From the IMG/VR virus record IMGVR_UViG_3300025738_000172, positions 1-45,421 of that record: a stretch of DNA of 45,421 bases. One strand, given 5' to 3'. The notes under the pieces are model-generated. The model searched no databases. It saw only the letters and a list, made by a program, of their open reading frames with translations, and had not been told where the DNA came from. Below, in pieces: positions 1 to 8,877 of the stretch (positions are counted from its first letter, which is position 1; every line of letters begins with the position of its first letter). Origin of the DNA: a virus. Lineage: Duplodnaviria > Caudoviricetes. Position numbers and translations under genes: made by a program.

Positions 1-378
1 TTAATGCTTTTCAACTGTCCATACATCAATATCAAGGCTATGTGCTTCAATGGCCTTGTTAATTCGTTTTAAGTATCGTTCTTTAGTTCGTGGGTTAACA
101 ATCAAAACAATACCGGCCTTTTTACCTGTCATAGCTGAGTAATATAAACTTTGCCCAATGGCCTCAGCCCACTTTTTACCCCAATCATATTCGATAGCGT
201 GGGTATCAGTTAAACAATCAACTCGCGTTCTATCTGATAAAACGTGCTCAACTTCGCCTTTACAATGATGATCAACATAATCAGCTTCGTGCCATTTTAA
301 TGGTTCTCTTTTAACGCCACCACCACTTGATGCCGAAACAGTAAAAGAAAAGAACGCTAGTAATAGTAATTTATTCAT
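1..378 (-). CDS. Secreted/periplasmic PD-(D/E)XK nuclease-fold protein
   Basis: Start MNKLLLLAFFSFTVSA (signal peptide), RBS GAGAGG, overlaps the upstream stop; motif RVDCLT..AIEYDW..KWAEAIGQSLYY resembles a PD-(D/E)XK core. Confidence 0.6.
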   Translation of the reverse strand: MNKLLLLAFFSFTVSASSGGGVKREPLKWHEADYVDHHCKGEVEHVLSDRTRVDCLTDTHAIEYDWGKKWAEAIGQSLYYSAMTGKKAGIVLIVNPRTKERYLKRINKAIEAHSLDIDVWTVEKH

Positions 379-643
379 GACTTTTAAATACCTCTCCAAG
401 AGTTATGTCGGTTAGATTAAGTTTATCAACACATAAGCCAATAAACTCACCAGACAATGCACCACGATTAAGTAAGTTAATTAAGCGCTTTTCTTCATTA
501 ATAGATGGCTCTGCATCATATAACAAACGATACATTGCTTTAGTTCCACCAACGTCTTTACGCACTCCCTTTAAGAAAGCCCTTAAGCGTTCTACATATT
601 CAGGGTTGTCTGATATTTTCTTAGGCAAAGTATTAACTTCCAA
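371..643 (-). CDS. Small HTH-like regulator (DUF6471-like)
   Basis: ERLRAFLKG...LINLLNRGALSGEFIGLCVDKL pattern; divergent from three palindromic operators. Confidence 0.55.
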   Translation of the reverse strand: MEVNTLPKKISDNPEYVERLRAFLKGVRKDVGGTKAMYRLLYDAEPSINEEKRLINLLNRGALSGEFIGLCVDKLNLTDITLGEVFKSHE

Positions 644-679
644 AATTCTAATCTCGCGATATTAATTTGTTTTAAAAAA

Positions 680-752
680 TAAATCAAAAATGATTTAAAT
701 AACACTTGAAATAAATCAAAGATGATTTATATTATACATCAAAGTTGATTTA
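680..752. promoter_or_regulatory. Three palindromic operators TAAATCA-N4-TGATTTA overlapping a + strand promoter
   Basis: 680-697, 712-729, 735-752 (one mismatch); TTGAAA at 706-711 and TATTAT at 730-735. Confidence 0.8.
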
Positions 753-779
753 TTCAATGTTAATTATAAGGTTTTTGAA

Positions 780-1613
780 ATGAGTGCAGCTGAGCAGCTA
801 GAAAATATTGAAGTTAAAAGACCTGCTTTACGCTATCACGGAGCAAAATTTCGTTTAGCTCCATGGGTGACAAGCTTTTTCCCTGAGCATAAATATTATA
901 TTGAACCATTTGGTGGTGCTGCAGGTGTGCTTTTAAATAAACCAAGATGTAAAGCAGAGGTCTATAACGATCTTGATGGAGACATTGTTAATTTTTTCCA
1001 AGTGGTTAGAAATTTATACACCAGGCAGGAACTGGTAGAAAAGCTACAAATGACTCCCTATAGTCGTGACGAGTTCAACAAAGCATACGAACACACTGAC
1101 GATATGATTGAGCGTGCTAGAAGAACAGCAGTAAGGGCGACGATGGGATTTGGCTCTGGCGGCACTTCAATGGGGAAAACTGGTTTTAGAACTGATTTAA
1201 AGCGTGATTATGGTACCGCAATGGATTTATGGGTTAGGTATCCTGATTCTCTAGCTGCTGTTGGCCAACGCTTTTTAGGTGTTCAAATTGAAAACCGCCC
1301 TGCAGTCGATTTAATGCTAAAGCATGATAACGAAGAAACCCTACATTATGTTGATCCTCCTTACATGTTACACACTAGAAACTTAGGTGGTCGAAATAGA
1401 ACATATAGAAATGAGCTGACAGATAATGACCATTTCGAGCTGCTGCAGGTATTACAAAAACTTTCTGGCCACATCGTTTTAAGTGGGTACGACACTGACC
1501 TATATAACGACATTTTAAGTGGATGGAAAAAAGAAATGAAGCCATCACGAATAAGTGCTGGCAGAGGTACAAAAACAAAGGTCGAATGCCTTTGGATTAA
1601 AACTAACTCTTAG
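780..1613 (+). CDS. DNA adenine methyltransferase (D12 class, Dam-like)
   Basis: LRYHGAK, YIEPFGG, YNDLD and YVDPPY motifs. Confidence 0.92.
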   Translation: MSAAEQLENIEVKRPALRYHGAKFRLAPWVTSFFPEHKYYIEPFGGAAGVLLNKPRCKAEVYNDLDGDIVNFFQVVRNLYTRQELVEKLQMTPYSRDEFNKAYEHTDDMIERARRTAVRATMGFGSGGTSMGKTGFRTDLKRDYGTAMDLWVRYPDSLAAVGQRFLGVQIENRPAVDLMLKHDNEETLHYVDPPYMLHTRNLGGRNRTYRNELTDNDHFELLQVLQKLSGHIVLSGYDTDLYNDILSGWKKEMKPSRISAGRGTKTKVECLWIKTNS

Positions 1614-1627
1614 ATGGGAAAAGGCGG

Positions 1628-1858
1628 ATGCATCAATTAGGCGGTGTGCCAGTAGAACAAGACGATAGATTACCTTGCTCTAAAATAGACGCTATTTGCT
1701 TGCCAAAAAGCGATAACGTCAAGCGTGAATTTTGGGTTGATACAAAAGATCAGGTTTGGGGTTATTTCGATAAATCAGGATTTACACATCGAATATATTT
1801 GTGTGAAAAAGCATTCGATAAGCTTAAAAACGGCAAGCTAACCGAAAGCATTAACTAG
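1628..1858 (+). CDS. Hypothetical phage protein
   Basis: ORF with RBS in a tight operon. Confidence 0.6.
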   Translation: MHQLGGVPVEQDDRLPCSKIDAICLPKSDNVKREFWVDTKDQVWGYFDKSGFTHRIYLCEKAFDKLKNGKLTESIN

Positions 1859-1873
1859 ATAGGAAATTTTGTC

Positions 1874-2089
1874 ATGCCAGAAATAAAGAATTTAGCTAGC
1901 GAGATTGATGCTGAATTAATCGAATTAGCTTTGCATAATCCGTATGTAAAAGCTCATTTGGTGCAATTTAAACAAGGTGATATTAGCAAGGAAGTTGCTT
2001 TGTCAAAAATAGCAGTTGCATTGGTTAGACGAAATCATGAACTAGAGAATAGTTTAGTTGATTACACTGCTAAATTCGGCTCTCTTTAA
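1874..2089 (+). CDS. Hypothetical phage protein
   Basis: ORF with AGGA RBS in operon. Confidence 0.65.
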   Translation: MPEIKNLASEIDAELIELALHNPYVKAHLVQFKQGDISKEVALSKIAVALVRRNHELENSLVDYTAKFGSL

Positions 2090-2105
2090 CAATAGGAAAA
2101 GGCAA

Positions 2106-2270
2106 ATGCCCAAATATAGAATTATTTACGCTAAATCCAAGGGTGATCCATGCTGTTGGCAGCTACAAAAACGCAAATGGTTTTTCTTTTGGGAAAATGT
2201 TTATTTGACGTTTGCAAGCGCGACTACTGCGGCAAATGAAATGCTCGAATTAATGAAAAACAACAAATAG
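2106..2270 (+). CDS. Hypothetical phage protein (MPKYRII...WQLQKRKWFFFW)
   Basis: ATG at 2106 after AGGAAAAGG. Confidence 0.6.
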   Translation: MPKYRIIYAKSKGDPCCWQLQKRKWFFFWENVYLTFASATTAANEMLELMKNNK

Positions 2271-2282
2271 GAAAAGGCTTTT

Positions 2283-2636
2283 ATGATAGGTGCAAGCATG
2301 AAATACGTGGCTTTTGATGGTCACAATGGCGAACAGATAATTATATTTCCTAAGATTATTCAGCATTCAGTTATGGCTGACGATGTTAAAAAATCATCAT
2401 TTGGTGGTATGCGAGCAATATCTGGCGGCTTTGTTGTTGACGGTCAATGTGTCGGTGAAAGTGAAAGTCTTAGAATGAAATCAAGACTTGATATTGATAC
2501 AGCGCTAATTGCTAAATTGGTTGATATTGTTCCTGATGATCATGTGGTATCTGAGTTTGTAACGTCAGTTAAAGTTGATAAACCGATAAGCAAAAACAAA
2601 GCGAAACGACTTAGAAAAAAACAAAACAACTCATAA
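2283..2636 (+). CDS. Hypothetical phage protein
   Basis: MKYV...IIIFP..IQH...ISGGFV..CVGESESLRMKSR, a common phage small-protein pattern. Confidence 0.7.
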   Translation: MIGASMKYVAFDGHNGEQIIIFPKIIQHSVMADDVKKSSFGGMRAISGGFVVDGQCVGESESLRMKSRLDIDTALIAKLVDIVPDDHVVSEFVTSVKVDKPISKNKAKRLRKKQNNS

Positions 2637-2650
2637 AGGAAAAGGAAATT

Positions 2651-3157
2651 ATGGCCGATGGTGCAATATATAATCAACTCAGTGACTCAACAAAAAAAGC
2701 GATTGATGAACAAATAGCTTATTTAAATAAGTGTGCTGATGAATATTTTCCCGAAGAAAAAGAGCGTTTTACTACCTTACGTGAAGGGGCTCAAACAGTG
2801 CTTCGTATCCTTATGAGTGACAAGATATGCGATACAGGTACAACCGCTTGGTTAAAAAACCTAGATCGTAACCAACTTGAACATGCCATAAGCTCAGCAA
2901 AAGAAATTTTAAAGGCAAAAACCAGTCAAGGCAAGGTTGCTTTGTTTGGTGTTTTTGGTGGTAAAGATGGTTCGAAATGGTATGGAGATAAAGACGAAGC
3001 AGAGAGTTATTATCTTGTTGCTGCAAAGGAAAGTTTAAGTAAAAGATATCCTGAAGTTTCAATTGAAAAACGCCTTGTTCCAATTGAAGAGTTAGCAGAG
3101 TTTTTAGGTGAAGAAATCGCAGCTACTTATTTAAAAGCAGCAATAAAAATAACTTAA
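2651..3157 (+). CDS. Hypothetical phage protein
   Basis: 168-aa ORF with RBS. Confidence 0.7.
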   Translation: MADGAIYNQLSDSTKKAIDEQIAYLNKCADEYFPEEKERFTTLREGAQTVLRILMSDKICDTGTTAWLKNLDRNQLEHAISSAKEILKAKTSQGKVALFGVFGGKDGSKWYGDKDEAESYYLVAAKESLSKRYPEVSIEKRLVPIEELAEFLGEEIAATYLKAAIKIT

Positions 3158-3176
3158 CTACCGATGGGAAATTTTT

Positions 3177-3425
3177 ATGGAATGCCAAGAGTGTGGAATG
3201 ACCACAGAAAAAGGTGAATATCATCCTTATGCTGCTTGTTTGATGTTTAAAGCTAGTGGTAAAGGTGACACTGTTAGAATGAATTTAAAAGCTGTAGGTG
3301 ATCAACAAAGCAAAAAGAAAATTAGAGCTGTAAAAGTTCAACTTGCTAAAGTTTTAGATTCTGATTCTGGTATTAAATATTCAAGCGGTTTAGATGAATT
3401 ATTTAAGCTGATTGACCAACTTTAA
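3177..3425 (+). CDS. Hypothetical protein with putative Zn-binding CxxC...HxxxxC motif
   Basis: MECQECG...EYHPYAAC. Confidence 0.65.
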   Translation: MECQECGMTTEKGEYHPYAACLMFKASGKGDTVRMNLKAVGDQQSKKKIRAVKVQLAKVLDSDSGIKYSSGLDELFKLIDQL

Positions 3426-3445
3426 CGATATTGGAAACTTATATT

Positions 3446-3535
3446 ATGAAATTTTTTAAGAAATCAATAATTGCAACAGCAGTTAAGGGCGCTTTATTTC
3501 ATCATAAAGCAGCGACACCAATCAACGAAGGTTAG
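3446..3535 (+). CDS. Possible 29-aa small ORF (MKFFKKSIIATAVKGALFHHKAATPINEG)
   Basis: Preceded by the same GGAAA junction motif as its neighbours. Confidence 0.3.
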   Translation: MKFFKKSIIATAVKGALFHHKAATPINEG

Positions 3536-3548
3536 TAGGAAAAATGCA

Positions 3549-3572
3549 GGTACCGTAATCAATTACGGTACC
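3549..3572. repeat. Perfect inverted repeat between convergent operons
   Basis: GGTACCGTAAT-CA-ATTACGGTACC. Confidence 0.75.
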
Positions 3573-3583
3573 AAACCGCTAAC

Positions 3584-3928
3584 TTAAGTAATTACCCCCT
3601 GCCTTACCATCATCGTGATGCGTTTTTCTTTTGAATAAACGGGCGTCAATGTCTCATTACTCACCTGTATAACCAAATAGAAAATACTGTAATCTTCTTC
3701 GACAAGTAAATCTTTCGTGTCACCGGGTGATAGTTGCACTAAAAAATGCAATTTATCATCACTTTGTTCAGTGATAATTTTGGCTGGTACCACAACAGTA
3801 TTTCTTGCATCAACAACGGCAATTTTACAAACCCAATCACCTGAAATCGTTTCTGCAGGGTTATCAATGAATGGGCGAACAGGTACGATAGCGCTGATAT
3901 CCCCCGTATATAATGTGAGTTTGTCCAT
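3584..3928 (-). CDS. Virion accessory protein (BppU N-terminal/Ig-like)
   Basis: LYTGD...VQLSPGDTKDL...YLVIQV pattern; last gene of the late operon. Confidence 0.5.
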   Translation of the reverse strand: MDKLTLYTGDISAIVPVRPFIDNPAETISGDWVCKIAVVDARNTVVVPAKIITEQSDDKLHFLVQLSPGDTKDLLVEEDYSIFYLVIQVSNETLTPVYSKEKRITMMVRQGVIT

Positions 3929-3931
3929 AAG

Positions 3932-4438
3932 TTACTCTGCCGTATCAAAATCAATGGCAATGTTAGCGGTATAGCCTGTTTTCGCGGCTGTATTTGCGTC
4001 AATGGTCATACGTAACCACAAGGCACAGGTTTGCATTGCAGGAATGTCTGGTAAACTCTCAACGATATCGGCTGCGGCCTCTCCTGCTGTGGTAGTGTCC
4101 GTGTCGGTAAATACAACACCTGCAGGGGCGGTTTTTTCATTAGCAATCGTTTGCTCTTGTGCATTAATCGCAGACGATCCTTTGGCTAATGATACGTTTA
4201 CCCCATCATGAGCGGTTTCGGTTTCAATCCACGCTTCAATCGCTTGGGCGGTCAATGTTGCATGCTCATTCTTCAAATAGATACAGGCGTAAAAAATGCC
4301 ACCATCTTTTGTTTCTTTACCGGTGAAAGTGTCCCACACGTTACCCGAGACACCGCTTGCGCTCTCTTGTGCTGTAACAGCACCACCAAGTCCGTTAGTC
4401 GTTTTTAATATTTTTATATTGGCTGTAGTGATTGTCAT
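3932..4438 (-). CDS. Putative virion structural protein
   Basis: GLGGAVT...NVWDTFTG.E...G...YACIYLKN...ALWLRMTI, beta-rich; late operon. Confidence 0.6.
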   Translation of the reverse strand: MTITTANIKILKTTNGLGGAVTAQESASGVSGNVWDTFTGKETKDGGIFYACIYLKNEHATLTAQAIEAWIETETAHDGVNVSLAKGSSAINAQEQTIANEKTAPAGVVFTDTDTTTAGEAAADIVESLPDIPAMQTCALWLRMTIDANTAAKTGYTANIAIDFDTAE

Positions 4439-4465
4439 AATGATTCCTGGTGTTAAAGTGATTGA

Positions 4466-6079
4466 CTAAATAATGAAGGTTTTTAATTGGCCACTAACGA
4501 AGCTAACCTCAATGGTTGGTGTGTCGTTAAAGTTAAACTCAATTGTTGGTGTGTCGCTAAAGTTAACCTCGTTAGCAACGGTGATGACATATTTCGGGTG
4601 TTGACTTGATATTTCATCACTTAAAAGTGTTATTTGTATTGTGTGTTGCTTACCTATTCGCTGAATAAAATCGAGCGAAAATTGATGTGAATAACTGGCT
4701 CTGCTATTTAAGTTAAAACGGGTAACAAAATCTGTTGAAATTCGATTGAGTATTGACGTAATGACATCATGCGATAATGATGAGCGTTGCAATATATCCA
4801 ATTCAACAGCAAAGTTCTTTTGCATTCGCTCAAGTAGATCAACCGAAATACTGAATGATTTATGCACTCGGTTAGCAGATAAATAATCGGAGTTAATTTC
4901 AAATGATTTATTTACACGTTGATAAAAATCAGTATTCATAAAAAACGCTGTTTTTTTGCGCCCAAGTAAATCTTTGTTGATGATAAACGCTTTTTCTTGT
5001 CGCAATAACATGTCACTAAATACGTGAAAGTTTTTTGTGTTTCTCTGTAAAATATTTGAATTTGTATTGTGTACCTTAGATAGACGAGAGGAAAAATTTA
5101 CAGAAACAAGGAGTTTTTTTGATTTACGTGTAATTGATGGTGCATTAGCCGTTGTTTCATACCCTCCAATACTGGGCGATATGAGGTTTCTGGTATTAAA
5201 AAATATATCTAAATCATTAGTAAATGAGCTTTCCGGAACGCCTGATCCATCGAGCGAATTACCAATCTTTAATCTTAAATCTAAAGTGTTTACACCAGTT
5301 AAATCTTCAAACTGATCAGCCGCAACTAGTGACGTTAGGTTATTAGCCCCACCTCCAATTGTTGCTGCGTCTGTTGCATTATGATTGACGTTTGCACCAT
5401 TCCATGTGCTTGCTTGTAACGCTGTTGAAAAGTTAATGAGTATATTGTTTTTTACTATGGCTGACGATGCCGCGCCATATTTATGAGTTATACCCGTATT
5501 TAAAGTGTTGCTGGAATTGAGTGCAATAATAGTGTTATTAACTATGGTCCAGTTAGCCCCGACCATATCAATACCCCTACCGTTTGCATTGATAGTCGTA
5601 TTTATTATCGCATTATTTATTAACTTGGTATTAGTGGCATTGAATCCGCTTATAGCATGAGTGGTGGCGTTCGCCTGTATAATTGAGTTCTTTACTGAGA
5701 AATTGTCAGTGTATCCCAATCTAAGGGCTTTCGCGTTATCAGCTTTAAGTTGTAGATTTTCTAGTAGTACATTGTCAACACGGTCAACATAAAATAATTG
5801 GTTGTACTTGCTAAGCTTTCTAATGCCAACACCATTAGCTTGATTATACCTAAGCGCTTGCTCTGTGTCGTTGAACGCCTCACCCACAGCGGGCTTTATA
5901 GTAATCAGGAAATTTGAGTTGTTAATACCCGAAAGCACAATGCCAGACGGAGTAATGAACTCAGAGTCGTTGTACATCAACGCAGTTTCATCTTCCGTAG
6001 TTGTGGCCGGCAAGTCAGCAATCCAAGAATCCACATCAAAATACTGTCTAGCGTCAGTTCCTATAGTTGAATTAGCCAT
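4466..6079 (-). CDS. Tail fibre/spike-like protein with right-handed beta-helix and 14-aa C-terminal repeats
   Basis: Asn-rich parallel beta-helix pattern (IVNNTI, VKNNIL); repeated RxxKxFxIxxDLL units. Confidence 0.65.
   Translation of the reverse strand: MANSTIGTDARQYFDVDSWIADLPATTTEDETALMYNDSEFITPSGIVLSGINNSNFLITIKPAVGEAFNDTEQALRYNQANGVGIRKLSKYNQLFYVDRVDNVLLENLQLKADNAKALRLGYTDNFSVKNSIIQANATTHAISGFNATNTKLINNAIINTTINANGRGIDMVGANWTIVNNTIIALNSSNTLNTGITHKYGAASSAIVKNNILINFSTALQASTWNGANVNHNATDAATIGGGANNLTSLVAADQFEDLTGVNTLDLRLKIGNSLDGSGVPESSFTNDLDIFFNTRNLISPSIGGYETTANAPSITRKSKKLLVSVNFSSRLSKVHNTNSNILQRNTKNFHVFSDMLLRQEKAFIINKDLLGRKKTAFFMNTDFYQRVNKSFEINSDYLSANRVHKSFSISVDLLERMQKNFAVELDILQRSSLSHDVITSILNRISTDFVTRFNLNSRASYSHQFSLDFIQRIGKQHTIQITLLSDEISSQHPKYVITVANEVNFSDTPTIEFNFNDTPTIEVSFVSGQLKTFII
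4506..4570. repeat. 30-bp tandem duplication encoding NFSDTPTIEF/NFNDTPTIEV
   Basis: Direct repeat visible in both DNA and protein. Confidence 0.8.
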
Positions 6080-6426
6080 TAGACAACCACCTCTGCTTCT
6101 TGCTCTACTTCTGGCATAACTTTTGTCGTTATATTGGCAAGAAAGAATTCTTTAGTTACGACTTCGTGAGACAACATTAAATCAACATCAACCGTTATGT
6201 TTCTTGCGTAGACAACTTCTTGCTCTGCATCAAGGTTATTCATCATTGGCTGTAGCAATGTTACCGCTTCATCTAGCGTAACCCCTGTCACTTCGATTAC
6301 GTGAAACTTAGGATTATTCCGTATCTTTTCACCGAAATATGCAGCACCATCATTAGCAGAAATTATGTCTCCCTTTTGGAATGTTGCAGCGTCATATTTA
6401 TTTAGCAATGCAAAAACTGAATTCAT
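6079..6426 (-). CDS. Hypothetical late protein
   Basis: Translationally coupled ORF. Confidence 0.7.
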   Translation of the reverse strand: MNSVFALLNKYDAATFQKGDIISANDGAAYFGEKIRNNPKFHVIEVTGVTLDEAVTLLQPMMNNLDAEQEVVYARNITVDVDLMLSHEVVTKEFFLANITTKVMPEVEQEAEVVV

Positions 6427-6959
6427 GGTTTTCTCACTTCTATTTTATCAGTATCGGGCGCATAACCTAATGCTGATTCGAGAGCTAAACCACCTAGTTC
6501 AGACCATTTGCGTTGCACTTTTGAATGGGACCAATACTCACGCCAATTACTTAACTTGCCTGTGAATGTGTTTGTTTGCCCCCACAATTTACGAAAGTGA
6601 TTATTGATTAAAGGAAGACCAATAAATTTAGAAATTTTTAACAGTTCGCTTTCTTCAGTGAGTAAGCTTTCAAAGCGAATAGTAAGCACATCGTCACGAC
6701 TTAATAGGTTTACATATTCAGAATATTCAGCGATAAACCGAGGCATTTCCTTGATTATATTTGTACGCAACAAATCAACCTGTTGCATTCTCAAATAAGA
6801 TATAAGTGCGTTTCTGGGATTGCGTATTATATGTATATGAGAACCCGACAAATCAGGATCATGATTGTGGCTTGCCATGATTGCAGTACTGCCAAACAAT
6901 CTAACTGCCTTAACTAATAAATGCGTACCCGTTTTAGGCGAGCCATTGCAATCAATCAT
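6423..6959 (-). CDS. Sulfotransferase-domain protein
   Basis: 5'-PSB P-loop GSPKTGTHLL, 3'-PB motif IIRNPRNALISY, IRFESL, C-terminal TFTGKLSNWREYW. Confidence 0.8.
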   Translation of the reverse strand: MIDCNGSPKTGTHLLVKAVRLFGSTAIMASHNHDPDLSGSHIHIIRNPRNALISYLRMQQVDLLRTNIIKEMPRFIAEYSEYVNLLSRDDVLTIRFESLLTEESELLKISKFIGLPLINNHFRKLWGQTNTFTGKLSNWREYWSHSKVQRKWSELGGLALESALGYAPDTDKIEVRKP

Positions 6960-7324
6960 TCAACATACCCTTTTGCTTTCTCGCGTTGAAACTCTTGCAA
7001 ACAATGGTCTTTGCCAAAGATAAAATCAATCACTTTGGCTTGATAGTAATAGCGCTTTTTAGTCGTCATGTGCTGTCCGGTCCAACCGCTAATACTGCGA
7101 TTACGGCCCGTTTTGTGAATACAATGACACGCAAGAACATCAATCAAGTACCATGTACTTAAGCAATAATCACATTGGTTAATACTGGGTAGTTGAATTA
7201 AAAAGAAAAGAGCCAATATATAACCGACATAATGACCACCTGGTACAAAAGGACTGAGCACAAAAAAGGCTACAAATAGGTAGCCGGCTAAGTTTTTTAA
7301 CATTTTAAAAATAGGTAGTAACAT
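6956..7324 (-). CDS. Small membrane protein
   Basis: Two hydrophobic segments; D..AC...SISG..G...AKVIDFIFGKDHC motif common in phage tail regions. Confidence 0.7.
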   Translation of the reverse strand: MLLPIFKMLKNLAGYLFVAFFVLSPFVPGGHYVGYILALFFLIQLPSINQCDYCLSTWYLIDVLACHCIHKTGRNRSISGWTGQHMTTKKRYYYQAKVIDFIFGKDHCLQEFQREKAKGYVE

Positions 7325-7331
7325 TGTTTTT

Positions 7332-7799
7332 CTACGCATAAACATCAAGCTCGATAGGGGGGAAAACAAGGGCTATATTTTTATCAATGCGCTTTAGGCC
7401 ACGATTTAATCGCTCTGCACTAATTAAATAGTTGCCTGTATTTTCAAATACTGCACTAACGCTTAATTTACCTGCAGCATCGATGACAGCTAAAAAGCGC
7501 TCATCATCAACCGCTTTATCAGCATCAACTACTTTTTCAGCCATCACCATTAGCGTTGCAGCCTCTAGGCCTATATCTCCACTAATAACAATCGACTGGT
7601 TTTTTGGCACCCACCAAATATCACCAACTTTTGTGGTATCCCCACCCACAATGGCAATATTAGTCAGTGGAAATTCTATCGGATCCGCTATTTGATTTTT
7701 AGCTACAAACCCTAACTCAGGTCTGTTGTCGTTTATCAACTTGTGAATATCTGGGTCATACCCTAACGCTGCTAATTTTTCTGATTGCTCTGTATTCAT
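7332..7799 (-). CDS. Hypothetical tail-region protein
   Basis: Coupled ORF in late operon. Confidence 0.7.
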   Translation of the reverse strand: MNTEQSEKLAALGYDPDIHKLINDNRPELGFVAKNQIADPIEFPLTNIAIVGGDTTKVGDIWWVPKNQSIVISGDIGLEAATLMVMAEKVVDADKAVDDERFLAVIDAAGKLSVSAVFENTGNYLISAERLNRGLKRIDKNIALVFPPIELDVYA

Positions 7800-8416
7800 A
7801 GTTCAATTTCCCCTATAACGCCTTCAACAAAGTAAGCAGTAAAAGCAATCCTTTTATCGTCAAGACCAGACAATTTTGTTGTTTTTAGAACAAAACCTTC
7901 GGGACAGTAAATGGGTTTGCCTGTGTCCCATTTTACCAGAGTTACACCTGCAGAATTAAATGTTGAACCTGGGGTTTCAGCAACTTCAATAGGCAAGTGA
8001 CCATTTCGCTCAAAGGATATTGAATAACTTCCATGGCCTTTACTTATACTAGCGGATAAATTCGTTACCATACATGGGACGCCTACGCTCATAGCTGTCG
8101 TAAGTACATTTCTTATCGATGTCACTGATAATGATGTAATTGTAGGTATATCTGTTGGTTCGAATATTTGAGCTTTGGCAGCTATAGGTGTTACCGCTCT
8201 GCGTGCAACATTGAGAAAAAATTTATCATCGGATGTCGTGCTGCCATCAATCGCGGCTATTGCGGCATTCAGCACTATCTCAAACTGAGTAAAATCCAAT
8301 GGTAATAATGCTGTTCTAGATGCTACCTCATTAAGCACTATAGGCGCAGTAGGTACTGTTAACGCATCAACTACAGCTTGGCCATCTTCGATTAACTTTG
8401 TGCTAATTACGCCCAT
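7796..8416 (-). CDS. Hypothetical tail-region protein (possible receptor-binding module)
   Basis: Coupled ORF; helical N-terminus, beta-rich C-terminus. Confidence 0.65.
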   Translation of the reverse strand: MGVISTKLIEDGQAVVDALTVPTAPIVLNEVASRTALLPLDFTQFEIVLNAAIAAIDGSTTSDDKFFLNVARRAVTPIAAKAQIFEPTDIPTITSLSVTSIRNVLTTAMSVGVPCMVTNLSASISKGHGSYSISFERNGHLPIEVAETPGSTFNSAGVTLVKWDTGKPIYCPEGFVLKTTKLSGLDDKRIAFTAYFVEGVIGEIEL

Positions 8417-8877
8417 GAAATAACTCCTGATCGCGCAATTTGTTTAACTATTGTTATATCTGCTTGCATTGTTTCAAGTGCCTGTAATGTTAGATTTGAC
8501 AATGGTTTGTCTAAATCCGAGGTGTTATCCATTTCGTTTATATCTTGAGCTAAAGCAACATCAAGACCATTGACCCGAACACGAATAAAATCAACATCAG
8601 CACCTGTGATATCACCAATTGAAACGGCAAAAGCTTGGTTGCGATACGTAAGTGTTTCATTGCGTAATTCAGTTATATCGACCAAGGCAACATCACGAAT
8701 ATCGACAATTTCAGCTTTTAAGGCGGCTGAATCTTCACCCGCAGCTAATTGAGCATTAACGCCATCGATGACCACGTTATAACCCGTGACGAGCTGTTGT
8801 AACTTGTCGAAATAATTACCTGAGTGCGTGCCTCGGTCATTCGTTGCAAATTGCCAAGTAATGTTTTCAAACATCAA
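8407..8877 (-). CDS. Tail fibre-associated protein
   Basis: MDNTSDLDKPLS..T..AL motif typical of phage tail fibre repeats. Confidence 0.6.
   Translation of the reverse strand: MMFENITWQFATNDRGTHSGNYFDKLQQLVTGYNVVIDGVNAQLAAGEDSAALKAEIVDIRDVALVDITELRNETLTYRNQAFAVSIGDITGADVDFIRVRVNGLDVALAQDINEMDNTSDLDKPLSNLTLQALETMQADITIVKQIARSGVISWA

Noticed and set aside
3584-8877. Diversity-generating retroelement or invertible tail-fibre cassette
   Set aside because: No reverse transcriptase, serine invertase or TR/VR pair recognised
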